Assembly (NCBI GenBank): GCA_947588815.1
Contig: CANQAG010000001.1
Coordinates: 1,038 to 65,037, forward strand
Reading direction: 5' to 3'
Length of the DNA: 64,000 nucleotides
From: an uncultured Bacilli bacterium
Lineage (GTDB): Bacteria; Bacillota_I; Bacilli_A; RFN20; CAG-449
The position numbers and the translations under genes were made by a program. The notes under the pieces were generated by a model that made no database searches, was not told the origin of the DNA, and saw nothing but the letters and a program-made list of their open reading frames with translations. Below, one piece after another: positions 1 through 8,314 of this stretch (position 1 is the first letter of the stretch; each line of letters begins with the position of its first letter).

Positions 1-781
1 CATATGTGTTAATTTTTAAAGTTTCTTTCCCGCAAGTAAAGAATGGATAAGAGCCATTTTTATCCATTTTGTTTGCATCCAATTTTCCAGTAGTAATTGA
101 ACACAATTTTGAAAGTTGCATTTTATTTGAAATTTTTAAAAATAATTGGGAACAAATCAACTTTTTTAAGATTTCTAAATCTTTAATGATTTTGCTTTGA
201 GTTCTTATTCTTTTATCTAACAATTCAAAAAAGTTTCCGATTTTTAACTGTTCATTTTTTGAGCAAATATAAGTTCTAATTTTCCCTAAGTCAGAAGATG
301 AAATAGCTGGATAGTTTGATCCAGTACATAGTAACAAAACTTTTTTATTAAAAATTGATGAATTCAATAAATAATAAACAAATAACGGATAATTTTCGGT
401 TCGTATTTGCGCATATCCTGTTGATGCGACATATTGTAAATCTTTATTTGTTAATTTGAAAAAAAGATTGTTTATTTGATATGGTCTAACGCATTGAAAG
501 AGAATATCATTTTCCTTAAGAACTCTTTGCGCTCTGCTTGGCGCGTTATTATAATTGACAATTTTTTCTGTTAATAAGCACCCATCAATAACAGATCCTA
601 AATCAATATAAATAAATTTTTCTTTTATATTTTCGGTATTTGGATTAATTGTACAAAAACTATTTAATTTTTTATCTTTCCACTCATCACAAAATTCCTT
701 AAATCTCAAATTGGGAACATTACGTTTTTCTTTACTCTTAGAATTAACATTAGAGATTACTTTTTCATTGTTTTCATTCAT
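1..781 (-). CDS. hsdS: Type I restriction-modification specificity subunit HsdS, partial. It starts at 781 and continues past the window edge.
   Basis: Not in the ORF track because no stop falls in the window. The reverse strand from ATG at 779-781 (RBS AAGGAGG 8 nt upstream) translates without stops to MNENNEKVISNVNSKSKEKRNVPNLRFKEF... with two target-recognition-domain-like halves and a central conserved EQLKIGNFFELLDKRI motif typical of HsdS. It lies directly downstream of hsdM. Confidence 0.7.
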   Translation of the reverse strand, partial: MNENNEKVISNVNSKSKEKRNVPNLRFKEFCDEWKDKKLNSFCTINPNTENIKEKFIYIDLGSVIDGCLLTEKIVNYNNAPSRAQRVLKENDILFQCVRPYQINNLFFKLTNKDLQYVASTGYAQIRTENYPLFVYYLLNSSIFNKKVLLLCTGSNYPAISSSDLGKIRTYICSKNEQLKIGNFFELLDKRIRTQSKIIKDLEILKKLICSQLFLKISNKMQLSKLCSITTGKLDANKMDKNGSYPFFTCGKETLKINTY

Positions 782-795
782 ATTAAAGCACCTCC

Positions 796-2349
796 TTATT
801 CAATACCTAATTCTTTTAAATATTTAGCTATTTCAGCATCTAATTCTGCTCTTTTAGCTTCTAACTCTTTAATTTCCTTTTGAACAGCTTGAATGTCAAT
901 TTCTTCTTCCTCTTCAAATGTATCTACATATCTAGGGATATTTAAATTAAATTCATTTTCTTCAATTTCAGATAATTGAGCTACATGAGCATACTTTTCT
1001 ATATCTTTTCTTTCTTTATAAGTATTAAGAATCTTTTCAACATTCTCATCACTTAAAATATTTTGATTTTTTCCAGATACATATTCTTTTGATGCATCAA
1101 TAAATAGGATATCATTTGTTGTGCGACACTTTTTAAATACTAATACACAGGTTGGAATTGAGGTTCCATAGAATAAGTTAGCTGGCAAACCAATAACCGC
1201 ATCTAACCAGTTCTTTTCACTAATAATAAACTTTCTAATGGTTTCTTCTGCTGCACCTCTAAATAACACACCATGAGGCAATACAACAGCCATTGTACCT
1301 GCATCATCTAACTCATATAACATGTGTTGAACAAATGCATAATCAGCTTTAGATTTTGGTGCTAACTTGCCATATCTACTAAATCTTTCATCATCTAAGA
1401 ACTTAGGATCAGCTGACCAATTTGCAGAGTATGGCGGATTAGCTACTACTGCATCAAATTTCATTTCTAGCATATCTTTGTCTGGATATTCTAATGTATC
1501 ATTATTTTCAATATGGAATCTATTATACTTAACTCCATGTAATAACATATTCATTCTTGCTAAGTTATACGTTGTAGAAACCATTTCTTGCCCATAGAAC
1601 GATACAACATCACATTCTCTTGCAACACGAAGCAATAACGAACCTGAGCCACATGTTGGATCATATACATTTTTAAGTTTATCTTTGCCTAATGTAACAA
1701 TCTTTGCTAAAAGTTTGGATACTTGCTGTGGAGTATAGAATTCGCCTGCCTTCTTTCCCGCTGAGGCCGCAAATTGCCCAATTAAATATTCGTACGCATC
1801 ACCTAATACATCAATTTCAGAATCCTTAAATTTAAAATCAATTGCATTAATCTTCAAGATTACCTTAGCAATAAGCTTGCTTCTATCTGTTTCAGTTTTA
1901 CCAAGCTTATTAGAGTTAAGGTCCATATCTTCAAATAATCCATTGAAATCTTCTTCTGAAGCTTGACCTAATGTAGATTCGTTAATTGAATTAATAGCAT
2001 TTGCTAGGACTGTAATATTAAATTTATCCTCATTAATCATATCAACTATAGTATTCCATAAGAATTGTGGTTCAATTACATAACCTAATTCTTCTAATAA
2101 AATAGAAACTATATCGTCCTTATACTCCTCACTCTTGAAAGCTTCAGCATAGGTTACTCCACCCTCATCCTTAAGCTCATTATCTACCTTTTCAAGCAAT
2201 TGCTCAGATAAGAATCTATAGAAAATTAATCCTAATATATAATTTTTAAATTCTGAGGCATCCATATTACCTCTTAAATCATTAGCACACGCCCATAATT
2301 GGGAATGTAATTCGTTTTGTTGTTTTGACTGAATTTCATTTGTTTTCAT
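796..2349 (-). CDS. hsdM: Type I restriction-modification DNA methyltransferase subunit HsdM (N6-adenine)
   Basis: 517 aa. N-terminal HsdM_N-like region, AdoMet-binding region (DPTCGSGSLL) and catalytic NPPY motif (VVANPPYSANW). The start overlaps the hsdS-half stop by 14 nt. Confidence 0.9.
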   Translation of the reverse strand: MKTNEIQSKQQNELHSQLWACANDLRGNMDASEFKNYILGLIFYRFLSEQLLEKVDNELKDEGGVTYAEAFKSEEYKDDIVSILLEELGYVIEPQFLWNTIVDMINEDKFNITVLANAINSINESTLGQASEEDFNGLFEDMDLNSNKLGKTETDRSKLIAKVILKINAIDFKFKDSEIDVLGDAYEYLIGQFAASAGKKAGEFYTPQQVSKLLAKIVTLGKDKLKNVYDPTCGSGSLLLRVARECDVVSFYGQEMVSTTYNLARMNMLLHGVKYNRFHIENNDTLEYPDKDMLEMKFDAVVANPPYSANWSADPKFLDDERFSRYGKLAPKSKADYAFVQHMLYELDDAGTMAVVLPHGVLFRGAAEETIRKFIISEKNWLDAVIGLPANLFYGTSIPTCVLVFKKCRTTNDILFIDASKEYVSGKNQNILSDENVEKILNTYKERKDIEKYAHVAQLSEIEENEFNLNIPRYVDTFEEEEEIDIQAVQKEIKELEAKRAELDAEIAKYLKELGIE

Positions 2350-2950
2350 TATAATTTTCTCCTTTGTAATACTTATTTATTATAATTTTGTTTAATGTAA
2401 AGTTTAATTCTGCTAACCTTCGATCAACTCGATATTTTTCCAAATATTTCATGTAAAAATTAGCAATCTTATTTTGTTCGTCCATAGATATAACTTCTAT
2501 CATCATTTCTCTAACATATTGTGTTTTTAAAACGGATACTGCTGCAGTACCTTGCTTTGAGTTTTCAAAATAATTTTTAATTGCTTGGTTTTCATTCAAT
2601 AACCAACATAAATATGTAGGATTTAAAAGATTAGTATCATGAATCCTAATCCTTAAGAAATTTGATGCAATAAGTTTGTTTTCGCGAGAACAATCTATTA
2701 CCATCGCACTTCTTGATGTTAATCCCAACACAATATCATTTATTTTTGTAAATTCACAGAAATGTATTTTGCTTCTTTTTATCTTAGAATATAGCACGTC
2801 ACCTTTAATGTCAGTTTTACCAACATAGTAACTAACCTCCTGCATGCTAATAGTTTCAGCTTCTATCGCATCGTCATGCGGTTCAGCATTAACTCTTGTA
2901 AGGATAGTTCCTAGCGAAATGTCAGCTAATTCTGATAATTTTAAGATCAT
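2336..2950 (-). CDS. hsdS: Half-size Type I specificity subunit (single target recognition domain HsdS)
   Basis: 204 aa, a single TRD plus a conserved C-terminal helical region (NFYMKYLEKYRVDRRLAELNFTLNKII). It sits between hsdR and hsdM and is translationally coupled to hsdM. Confidence 0.65.
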   Translation of the reverse strand: MILKLSELADISLGTILTRVNAEPHDDAIEAETISMQEVSYYVGKTDIKGDVLYSKIKRSKIHFCEFTKINDIVLGLTSRSAMVIDCSRENKLIASNFLRIRIHDTNLLNPTYLCWLLNENQAIKNYFENSKQGTAAVSVLKTQYVREMMIEVISMDEQNKIANFYMKYLEKYRVDRRLAELNFTLNKIIINKYYKGENYNENK

Positions 2951-3043
2951 TTATTTCACCTCCGTTGCAATTTACATAAATAGCATAGCCAAAAATTGCA
3001 AACTTGTCAATAGACAAATTTGCAATTTAATTAAATATCACAA

Positions 3044-5944
3044 TTATTGCAAGAATCTAATGATTGTATTCTTAACGAAATCAATTATTCTTTGGGCTAT
3101 AGATTTCTTAGCTTTGATAACTGTTGGAATGTTTTCCTTTTCCTTAATCTCTTGGACTTTTTCTTTCTTTAAATCATGCTTAATTTTATCAGGTTCCAAA
3201 ATGCCACCGAATTCATATTCTTTAATATATTCTTCAATTCTTTCAGGAGTTAAGCCAAAATAATCTGCAGTATCATTAATTTCTTTAATTCTTTGTTCTT
3301 CCATGAATTTATTGTATTCATCATCAATTTCCATATCTGGAGTTAATACAGGAGATACTCTTATAATAAATGCTTTAATTAAGTCTGCTTTTGAATGAAG
3401 ATTATCATCAGTGGATTGATCAATCATATCAAGTAAGTCTTTAAGATCCTTTTCTTTTTCTTCTCTCTTCTCATCTTTAGCTATCTTCTTTAACAAATTA
3501 AGAATATATTGAACATTAATTTTATCATTTGCAATTAATTCAATACAGAAATCAATATCGGCTAAAATAGAAATCCTTTGTTTTTGTGTATGTTGTTCTC
3601 GAGCTAATGCTAAATATTTGCTTTTATAATCTTCAAAAGTTTGCCTATCTAAACCTAATACTTCTTTGTTAAAAACAAATTCTATAAATGTATTAAGCTT
3701 TACCAAGTTACTTAGCATCTCTCTAAAACATATAACAAATTTCTTATTTTTAATTTCATCTCCACCCAGTTCAATTGAATCAGGAGTTGGCGCATAATCT
3801 AACAATTCAACATATGATTTTCTAAATTTTTGGATATAATAATCCATATCTTTCATTAATATACCTTCAGTATTATCGGAATTAGAGAATAGCATAATCG
3901 CACTATCAACGGCTTTTTTGCTTGTTTGATAACACACGATATTACCATATGGCTTAGTAACTGATTCTACTCTATTTGTTCTTGAGAAAGCTTGAATCAA
4001 ATCATGATTCTTTAATCTCTTATCCACATATAATGTATTTAAGAATTTAGCATCAAAACCAGTTAAAAACATATTAACTACAATAAGGATATCAATTTCA
4101 TTAGACTTTACTCTTTTAGTAACATCTTTAAAATATGCATCAAATGTACTAGTACTATATTTAGTTCCAAACATCTTATTATAGTCATCAATGATTCTTT
4201 CTAACGAATCCCTTGAATGTTCAGACTTATTTTCTAAATCTTCATTTTGGTCAAATGTAAATATAGCTGCTATTTTTAAATTTTGAGTGTTATACTCTTT
4301 AAATAAATCATAATATTTGATTAATGAATCTATATTTTTAGTAGCAAATATCGCATTGTACTTTTGATTCCTGGTTTTCATATGATGTATTTTTAATATA
4401 TTTTTACAAACATTGGTTAATCTTTCGTTAGCCATTAATACCTCTTCCGTATCAATCGCCTCTACCTTTAAATCATTATCTTCATTATAAGTAGTATTAA
4501 TTGTTTTAACATAATCAACATTAAATCCTAATACATTTCCATCTTTAATTGCATCTTTAATTAAATAATGATGTGCTTCTTTACCAAATATATCGGTAGT
4601 TGTTCTACCATCTTGGCTTGGATTATCTTTAAATCTAGGTGTGCCTGTGAATCCAAAATATTGTGTTTGATATTTATCTTTAAACGCTAATTCGATAGCT
4701 TTATGCATATCTCCAAATTGACTCCTATGGCATTCATCAATAATAAATACAATCTTCTTGCCTTTTAAATCTTCCATAGCAGATTTCATTGTTTTAACTT
4801 TATTTTCATCATTTTTTAAATCTACGACATCAGTTTTTCCAATCTTGGCTCTATCATCTTTAGATAATACTAATTTACAAACATTAGACATTTTTTGAAT
4901 TGTCGTTAATATTAATTTTTCAGAAGGATCTTTTAAGTATTTCAAAAGCATATCAGCATCTTCTGTAGCTGATACTGAGCCCTTTTCAAATCTATTAAAC
5001 TCACTTAAAGTTTGACCATCTAAGTCTTTTCTATCAACCAAGAAGATGACCTTAGCAATACCACCTTGAGCCTTCAATAAAGAAGCGAGTTTGAATGAGG
5101 TTAACGTTTTACCTGAACCTGTAGTATGCCATACATATCCATTATGATTACCTTCTGCTCTATCTAATAATGATTCAACTGCAAACACTTGATATGGTCG
5201 CATTATTATTAAAGATTTAGCATCCTTATCTAAAATCATATATCTAGATATCATCTTAGATACCCAACACTTAGAAAGGAAGTACATTGTAAAGTCTTGA
5301 AGGTTAGAACATCTATTATTTTCTAAATCACTCCAATAGAATGTATATTGAAATGATAAATCACCATCACCATTAGCAAAATATTTAGTATCAACACCAT
5401 TAGAAATTACAAAAAATTGCACAAATCTAAATAAACCGGTAAGGGAATGCTTCTTATATCTGCATATTTGATTAAAAGCCTCCTTAAAATCAATTCCTCT
5501 TCTCTTAAGTTCTATTTGCACCAAAGGCAATCCATTTATTAAAAGCGTAACATCATATCTATTTTCGTATTTACCAACAACAGTTGTTTGGTGTGTTACC
5601 TGGAATTCATTTTGGCACCATTCTTTTCTATTAAATAGTTCAACATAAACATCAGTACCATCATCTCTTTTAATGTTTTGAATATTCCTCAAGATTTCAG
5701 CACTAGCAAAAACACTCTTTCCTAAAATAACAGCTAATAGTCTTTCGAATTCAGCATCTGATAATGGTTTGCCATTAAAATACTTATTTAGATTATGCTT
5801 ATTAATTTGGGCTTTAAAATTTTCTAGTAAATCGGCTTCACTATTAATGGTTACTGACTCATATCCATCAGCAACTAATTGTTGCATCATTTTGTCTTCA
5901 AGCGCTTTTTCACTTTGATACTTTTCATCAATTGATAAAGACAT
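3044..5944 (-). CDS. hsdR: Type I restriction enzyme R subunit HsdR (SF2 helicase/endonuclease)
   Basis: 966 aa. Walker A (HTTGSGKTLTS), DEAH-like (IIDECHRSQFG), and N-terminal nuclease and C-terminal helical domains typical of HsdR. Confidence 0.9.
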   Translation of the reverse strand: MSLSIDEKYQSEKALEDKMMQQLVADGYESVTINSEADLLENFKAQINKHNLNKYFNGKPLSDAEFERLLAVILGKSVFASAEILRNIQNIKRDDGTDVYVELFNRKEWCQNEFQVTHQTTVVGKYENRYDVTLLINGLPLVQIELKRRGIDFKEAFNQICRYKKHSLTGLFRFVQFFVISNGVDTKYFANGDGDLSFQYTFYWSDLENNRCSNLQDFTMYFLSKCWVSKMISRYMILDKDAKSLIIMRPYQVFAVESLLDRAEGNHNGYVWHTTGSGKTLTSFKLASLLKAQGGIAKVIFLVDRKDLDGQTLSEFNRFEKGSVSATEDADMLLKYLKDPSEKLILTTIQKMSNVCKLVLSKDDRAKIGKTDVVDLKNDENKVKTMKSAMEDLKGKKIVFIIDECHRSQFGDMHKAIELAFKDKYQTQYFGFTGTPRFKDNPSQDGRTTTDIFGKEAHHYLIKDAIKDGNVLGFNVDYVKTINTTYNEDNDLKVEAIDTEEVLMANERLTNVCKNILKIHHMKTRNQKYNAIFATKNIDSLIKYYDLFKEYNTQNLKIAAIFTFDQNEDLENKSEHSRDSLERIIDDYNKMFGTKYSTSTFDAYFKDVTKRVKSNEIDILIVVNMFLTGFDAKFLNTLYVDKRLKNHDLIQAFSRTNRVESVTKPYGNIVCYQTSKKAVDSAIMLFSNSDNTEGILMKDMDYYIQKFRKSYVELLDYAPTPDSIELGGDEIKNKKFVICFREMLSNLVKLNTFIEFVFNKEVLGLDRQTFEDYKSKYLALAREQHTQKQRISILADIDFCIELIANDKINVQYILNLLKKIAKDEKREEKEKDLKDLLDMIDQSTDDNLHSKADLIKAFIIRVSPVLTPDMEIDDEYNKFMEEQRIKEINDTADYFGLTPERIEEYIKEYEFGGILEPDKIKHDLKKEKVQEIKEKENIPTVIKAKKSIAQRIIDFVKNTIIRFLQ

Positions 5945-6221
5945 AAATATTCACTTCCTTAATCCTTAATGTAAATAATTAAAGTTATTAATAATTTTAC
6001 TATAATTTGCTAAAAATGTCATTATTTGACTTAATACCTCGCATAATTATCTCAATTTTTTCAAAACAAAATTCAGATTTTTAAGATAGAATATTGTTGC
6101 TTATATCAATTTATATTATTAATGTCACATAACAATCCTAATTTAATGCATAAAAAAGTCCTAGAGAGTGCAATGTCTACACTTTCCTAAGACCTATGTT
6201 TTTTAAGAGTTATAAAAAACA

Positions 6222-6245
6222 AACTGACACATTGTATCAATAAAA
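6222..6245 (-). terminator. Rho-independent terminator downstream of tRNA-Leu (read on the minus strand: UGAUACAAUGUGUCA + GUUUGUUUUUU), part of a conserved 35-bp module
   Basis: A 7-bp stem (one G.U) with a 3-nt loop and a T-run on the minus strand, immediately 3' of the tRNA. The same module recurs at 38738-38768 and 44952-44985. Confidence 0.6.
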
Positions 6246-6257
6246 TTCTTGGAATTT

Positions 6258-6342
6258 TGGTGGGGATAGTGGGACTCGAACCCATATGCTTTTCAGCACT
6301 AGAACCTGAATCTAGCGTGTCTACCAATTTCACCATATCCCC
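6258..6342 (-). tRNA. tRNA-Leu (anticodon CAG), class II with long variable arm, CCA encoded
   Basis: Reverse complement GGGGATATGGTGAAATTGGTAGACACGCTAGATTCAGGTTCTAGTGCTGAAAAGCATATGGGTTCGAGTCCCACTATCCCCACCA. Cloverleaf with anticodon loop TTCAGGT. Overlaps the spurious 60-aa ORF 6187..6369. Confidence 0.85.
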
Positions 6343-6365
6343 ATAAAATGTATCTTCAAAACAAA

Positions 6366-6821
6366 TCAATAATTTTGCTTATCTTGAATACTTTCATATT
6401 CTTTAAAAAGTTTTAAACATTGCTCACGATCTAATTCGAGAATAAATTCATTTTTCTTATTCTCCGTCATCTCATAAAATACCTTATCCCTAAATCCGAT
6501 GTTTTCCGTATCACCGATATTGCAACCAAAATAAACTTTAGAAATATTAGCCCAAAGAATCGCGCCTAAACACATCGGACATGGTTCTGCCGTTGTATAT
6601 AATTCACAACCACTTAAATCAAACGTCTTTAATTTTTTAGAGGCTTTACGAATCGCCATCATTTCCCCATGGCACGTTGCGTCTTGATTTTTAATCACTT
6701 CATTATGACCTTTAGCGACAATCTTTCCGTCTTTTACAATCACCGAACCAAAAGGGCCACCATGTCCGGAAGTAATACCTTTCTTAGCTTCTAAAATTGC
6801 CGCTTTCATAAATCTATTCAT
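6366..6821 (-). CDS. tadA: tRNA-specific adenosine deaminase TadA (CDA-fold zinc deaminase)
   Basis: 151 aa. HGEMMAI (H-A-E zinc motif) and PCPMC motifs. Confidence 0.85.
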   Translation of the reverse strand: MNRFMKAAILEAKKGITSGHGGPFGSVIVKDGKIVAKGHNEVIKNQDATCHGEMMAIRKASKKLKTFDLSGCELYTTAEPCPMCLGAILWANISKVYFGCNIGDTENIGFRDKVFYEMTENKKNEFILELDREQCLKLFKEYESIQDKQNY

Positions 6822-6911
6822 AAAAATTACCCTCTCAACGAAAATATCTTATCATAAACTAATAAAAAAAAGAAGCACCATATTTGGTACTTCTAATCTT
6901 TTAATAAAACT

Positions 6912-8204
6912 TTATATATTACTATTTTTTAGTTCTTGGATGAAATCGATATTTTTATATTTTCTTACCTTAGTAGTTCCTCTTTCATCCATGATTTTTT
7001 GAATAATTTCAAGTGCATATTTCGCGGATCTTTGAGACTTCACTTTTAAAAGATGAGGAACTAACTCATATTTCTTTTTATCATAAACATCTTTTACAAA
7101 ATACTTTTCCTCAATCTTATAATTCGATAAATTAAAGTACATCTTTAAAGTTTTACCGGCAATAGTCAATTTCACTAATAAATCGCGATGGAGACGGAAA
7201 GAATCACAAGAATGAGAAAGTCTTGCGTTTACCTTTCGATAACTCATCAATTCATTTTTAATTTCATTATAGTACTCTTGTGTTTCACTCGGTAAATCTA
7301 ACATTTTTTCTTTAAATGAACGACTCACTATTTTTTGCTTCATTGGAGCATTTTCATCTTCGTCCCCTTCATCATCTTCATCCTCTTCGTCTTCGTCGTC
7401 TTCTTCGTTTTCCTTAGCGTCGACGACCTTATTTTCATCTTCAATATCTTTTGATTCAGCTTCTTTTTCAACGATTGGAGTTTCAATCTTCTCTTCAACT
7501 TTCTCTTCGACAACTTCTTTTTTTGTATTTGCGTGAAGTTCTTCTAATTCCAACTCTAATTCTTCAATTTTTTCTTCTTGTTTTTCTTGAGGCTCTTCAT
7601 CAACTTCACTTTTACCATGAGACTCTAAAGAAACTTCCAATTTATCTTCTTCGTTTATTGTTTCCCCTTTTCCAATTTCTTGCGCTATTAATTCATATCC
7701 GTTTTCATAATTGGCTTCGATTTGATCTTGATCATCATATCCTAAGTATTCATATTGAATTTTATTTCTAGTTAATGTACAGAAAAAGTAAACAAGCATC
7801 AAAACAACCGCTACAGCGAGAGCTTTGTATAAAACATAAACTACAACCGGTTCGGAACTGAGCTTTTTATCTAAACAATCACGATAGTGATACATTAAAA
7901 GAGGCATTAAACAAACAATCGGCAATAATACTTGTCCAAAATAAGCGGATATAGTTTTACGATTCTTGATATTGATTATTAACCATACCACTTCCCAAAC
8001 TAGTAAAGCGCCTAATGCCACATAAATAAAAATCGTTTTACCATCGATTTGCCGTTGTGACGGATTTAAGAATTCAATCAAATATTTATAGGTATCTTTA
8101 AAGAAAAGTGACCCTACAAGTTCTTGCAATAATACGACAAACGTTATAATTGCCGCCAAAAGCAATAAAGTTAGAAGAATATATCCGACCTTTCTTTTTT
8201 TCAT
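6912..8204 (-). CDS. Hypothetical membrane protein: 4 predicted TM helices, a long acidic E/K/D-rich low-complexity linker, and a basic C-terminal domain
   Basis: 430 aa. N-terminal hydrophobic segments, then EEKVEEK.../DEDEEDEDDEGDEDE acidic tract, then a basic ~140-aa C-terminus. No family recognised. Confidence 0.5.
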   Translation of the reverse strand: MKKRKVGYILLTLLLLAAIITFVVLLQELVGSLFFKDTYKYLIEFLNPSQRQIDGKTIFIYVALGALLVWEVVWLIINIKNRKTISAYFGQVLLPIVCLMPLLMYHYRDCLDKKLSSEPVVVYVLYKALAVAVVLMLVYFFCTLTRNKIQYEYLGYDDQDQIEANYENGYELIAQEIGKGETINEEDKLEVSLESHGKSEVDEEPQEKQEEKIEELELELEELHANTKKEVVEEKVEEKIETPIVEKEAESKDIEDENKVVDAKENEEDDEDEEDEDDEGDEDENAPMKQKIVSRSFKEKMLDLPSETQEYYNEIKNELMSYRKVNARLSHSCDSFRLHRDLLVKLTIAGKTLKMYFNLSNYKIEEKYFVKDVYDKKKYELVPHLLKVKSQRSAKYALEIIQKIMDERGTTKVRKYKNIDFIQELKNSNI

Positions 8205-8246
8205 AATAAACTCCTTCCAATGAGTAATAATTTCTTATTCTTTTTT

Positions 8247-8314
8247 ATTATATCTTAATTAATTGGATTATGCTATTTATATTAAAAAAAACACCCCATT
8301 CATACAAAGGTGTC
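8247..8314. repeat. 68-bp direct repeat, left copy (target-site duplication of the IS1634-like element); contains a tRNA-Ala terminator hairpin
   Basis: Identical to 10279..10346 (ATTATATCTTAATTAATTGGATTATGCTATTTATATTAAAAAAAACACCCCATTCATACAAAGGTGTC). Read on the minus strand: GACACC..GGUGU followed by U8. Confidence 0.85.

Noticed and set aside
1367-1597. Short plus-strand ORFs antisense to hsdM, hsdS and hsdR (1367-1597 and 2844-3263), and similar antisense ORFs throughout (e.g. 7451-7771, 13866-14078, 16032-16331, 21294-22035, 53119-53349)
   Set aside because: All are antisense to long, well-supported genes, lack RBSs and have low-complexity translations. They are artefacts of AT-rich sequence.
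6187-6369. 60-aa ORF on the minus strand
   Set aside because: It lies entirely over tRNA-Leu(CAG) (6258-6342). Its 'protein' is just the tRNA sequence read in frame.
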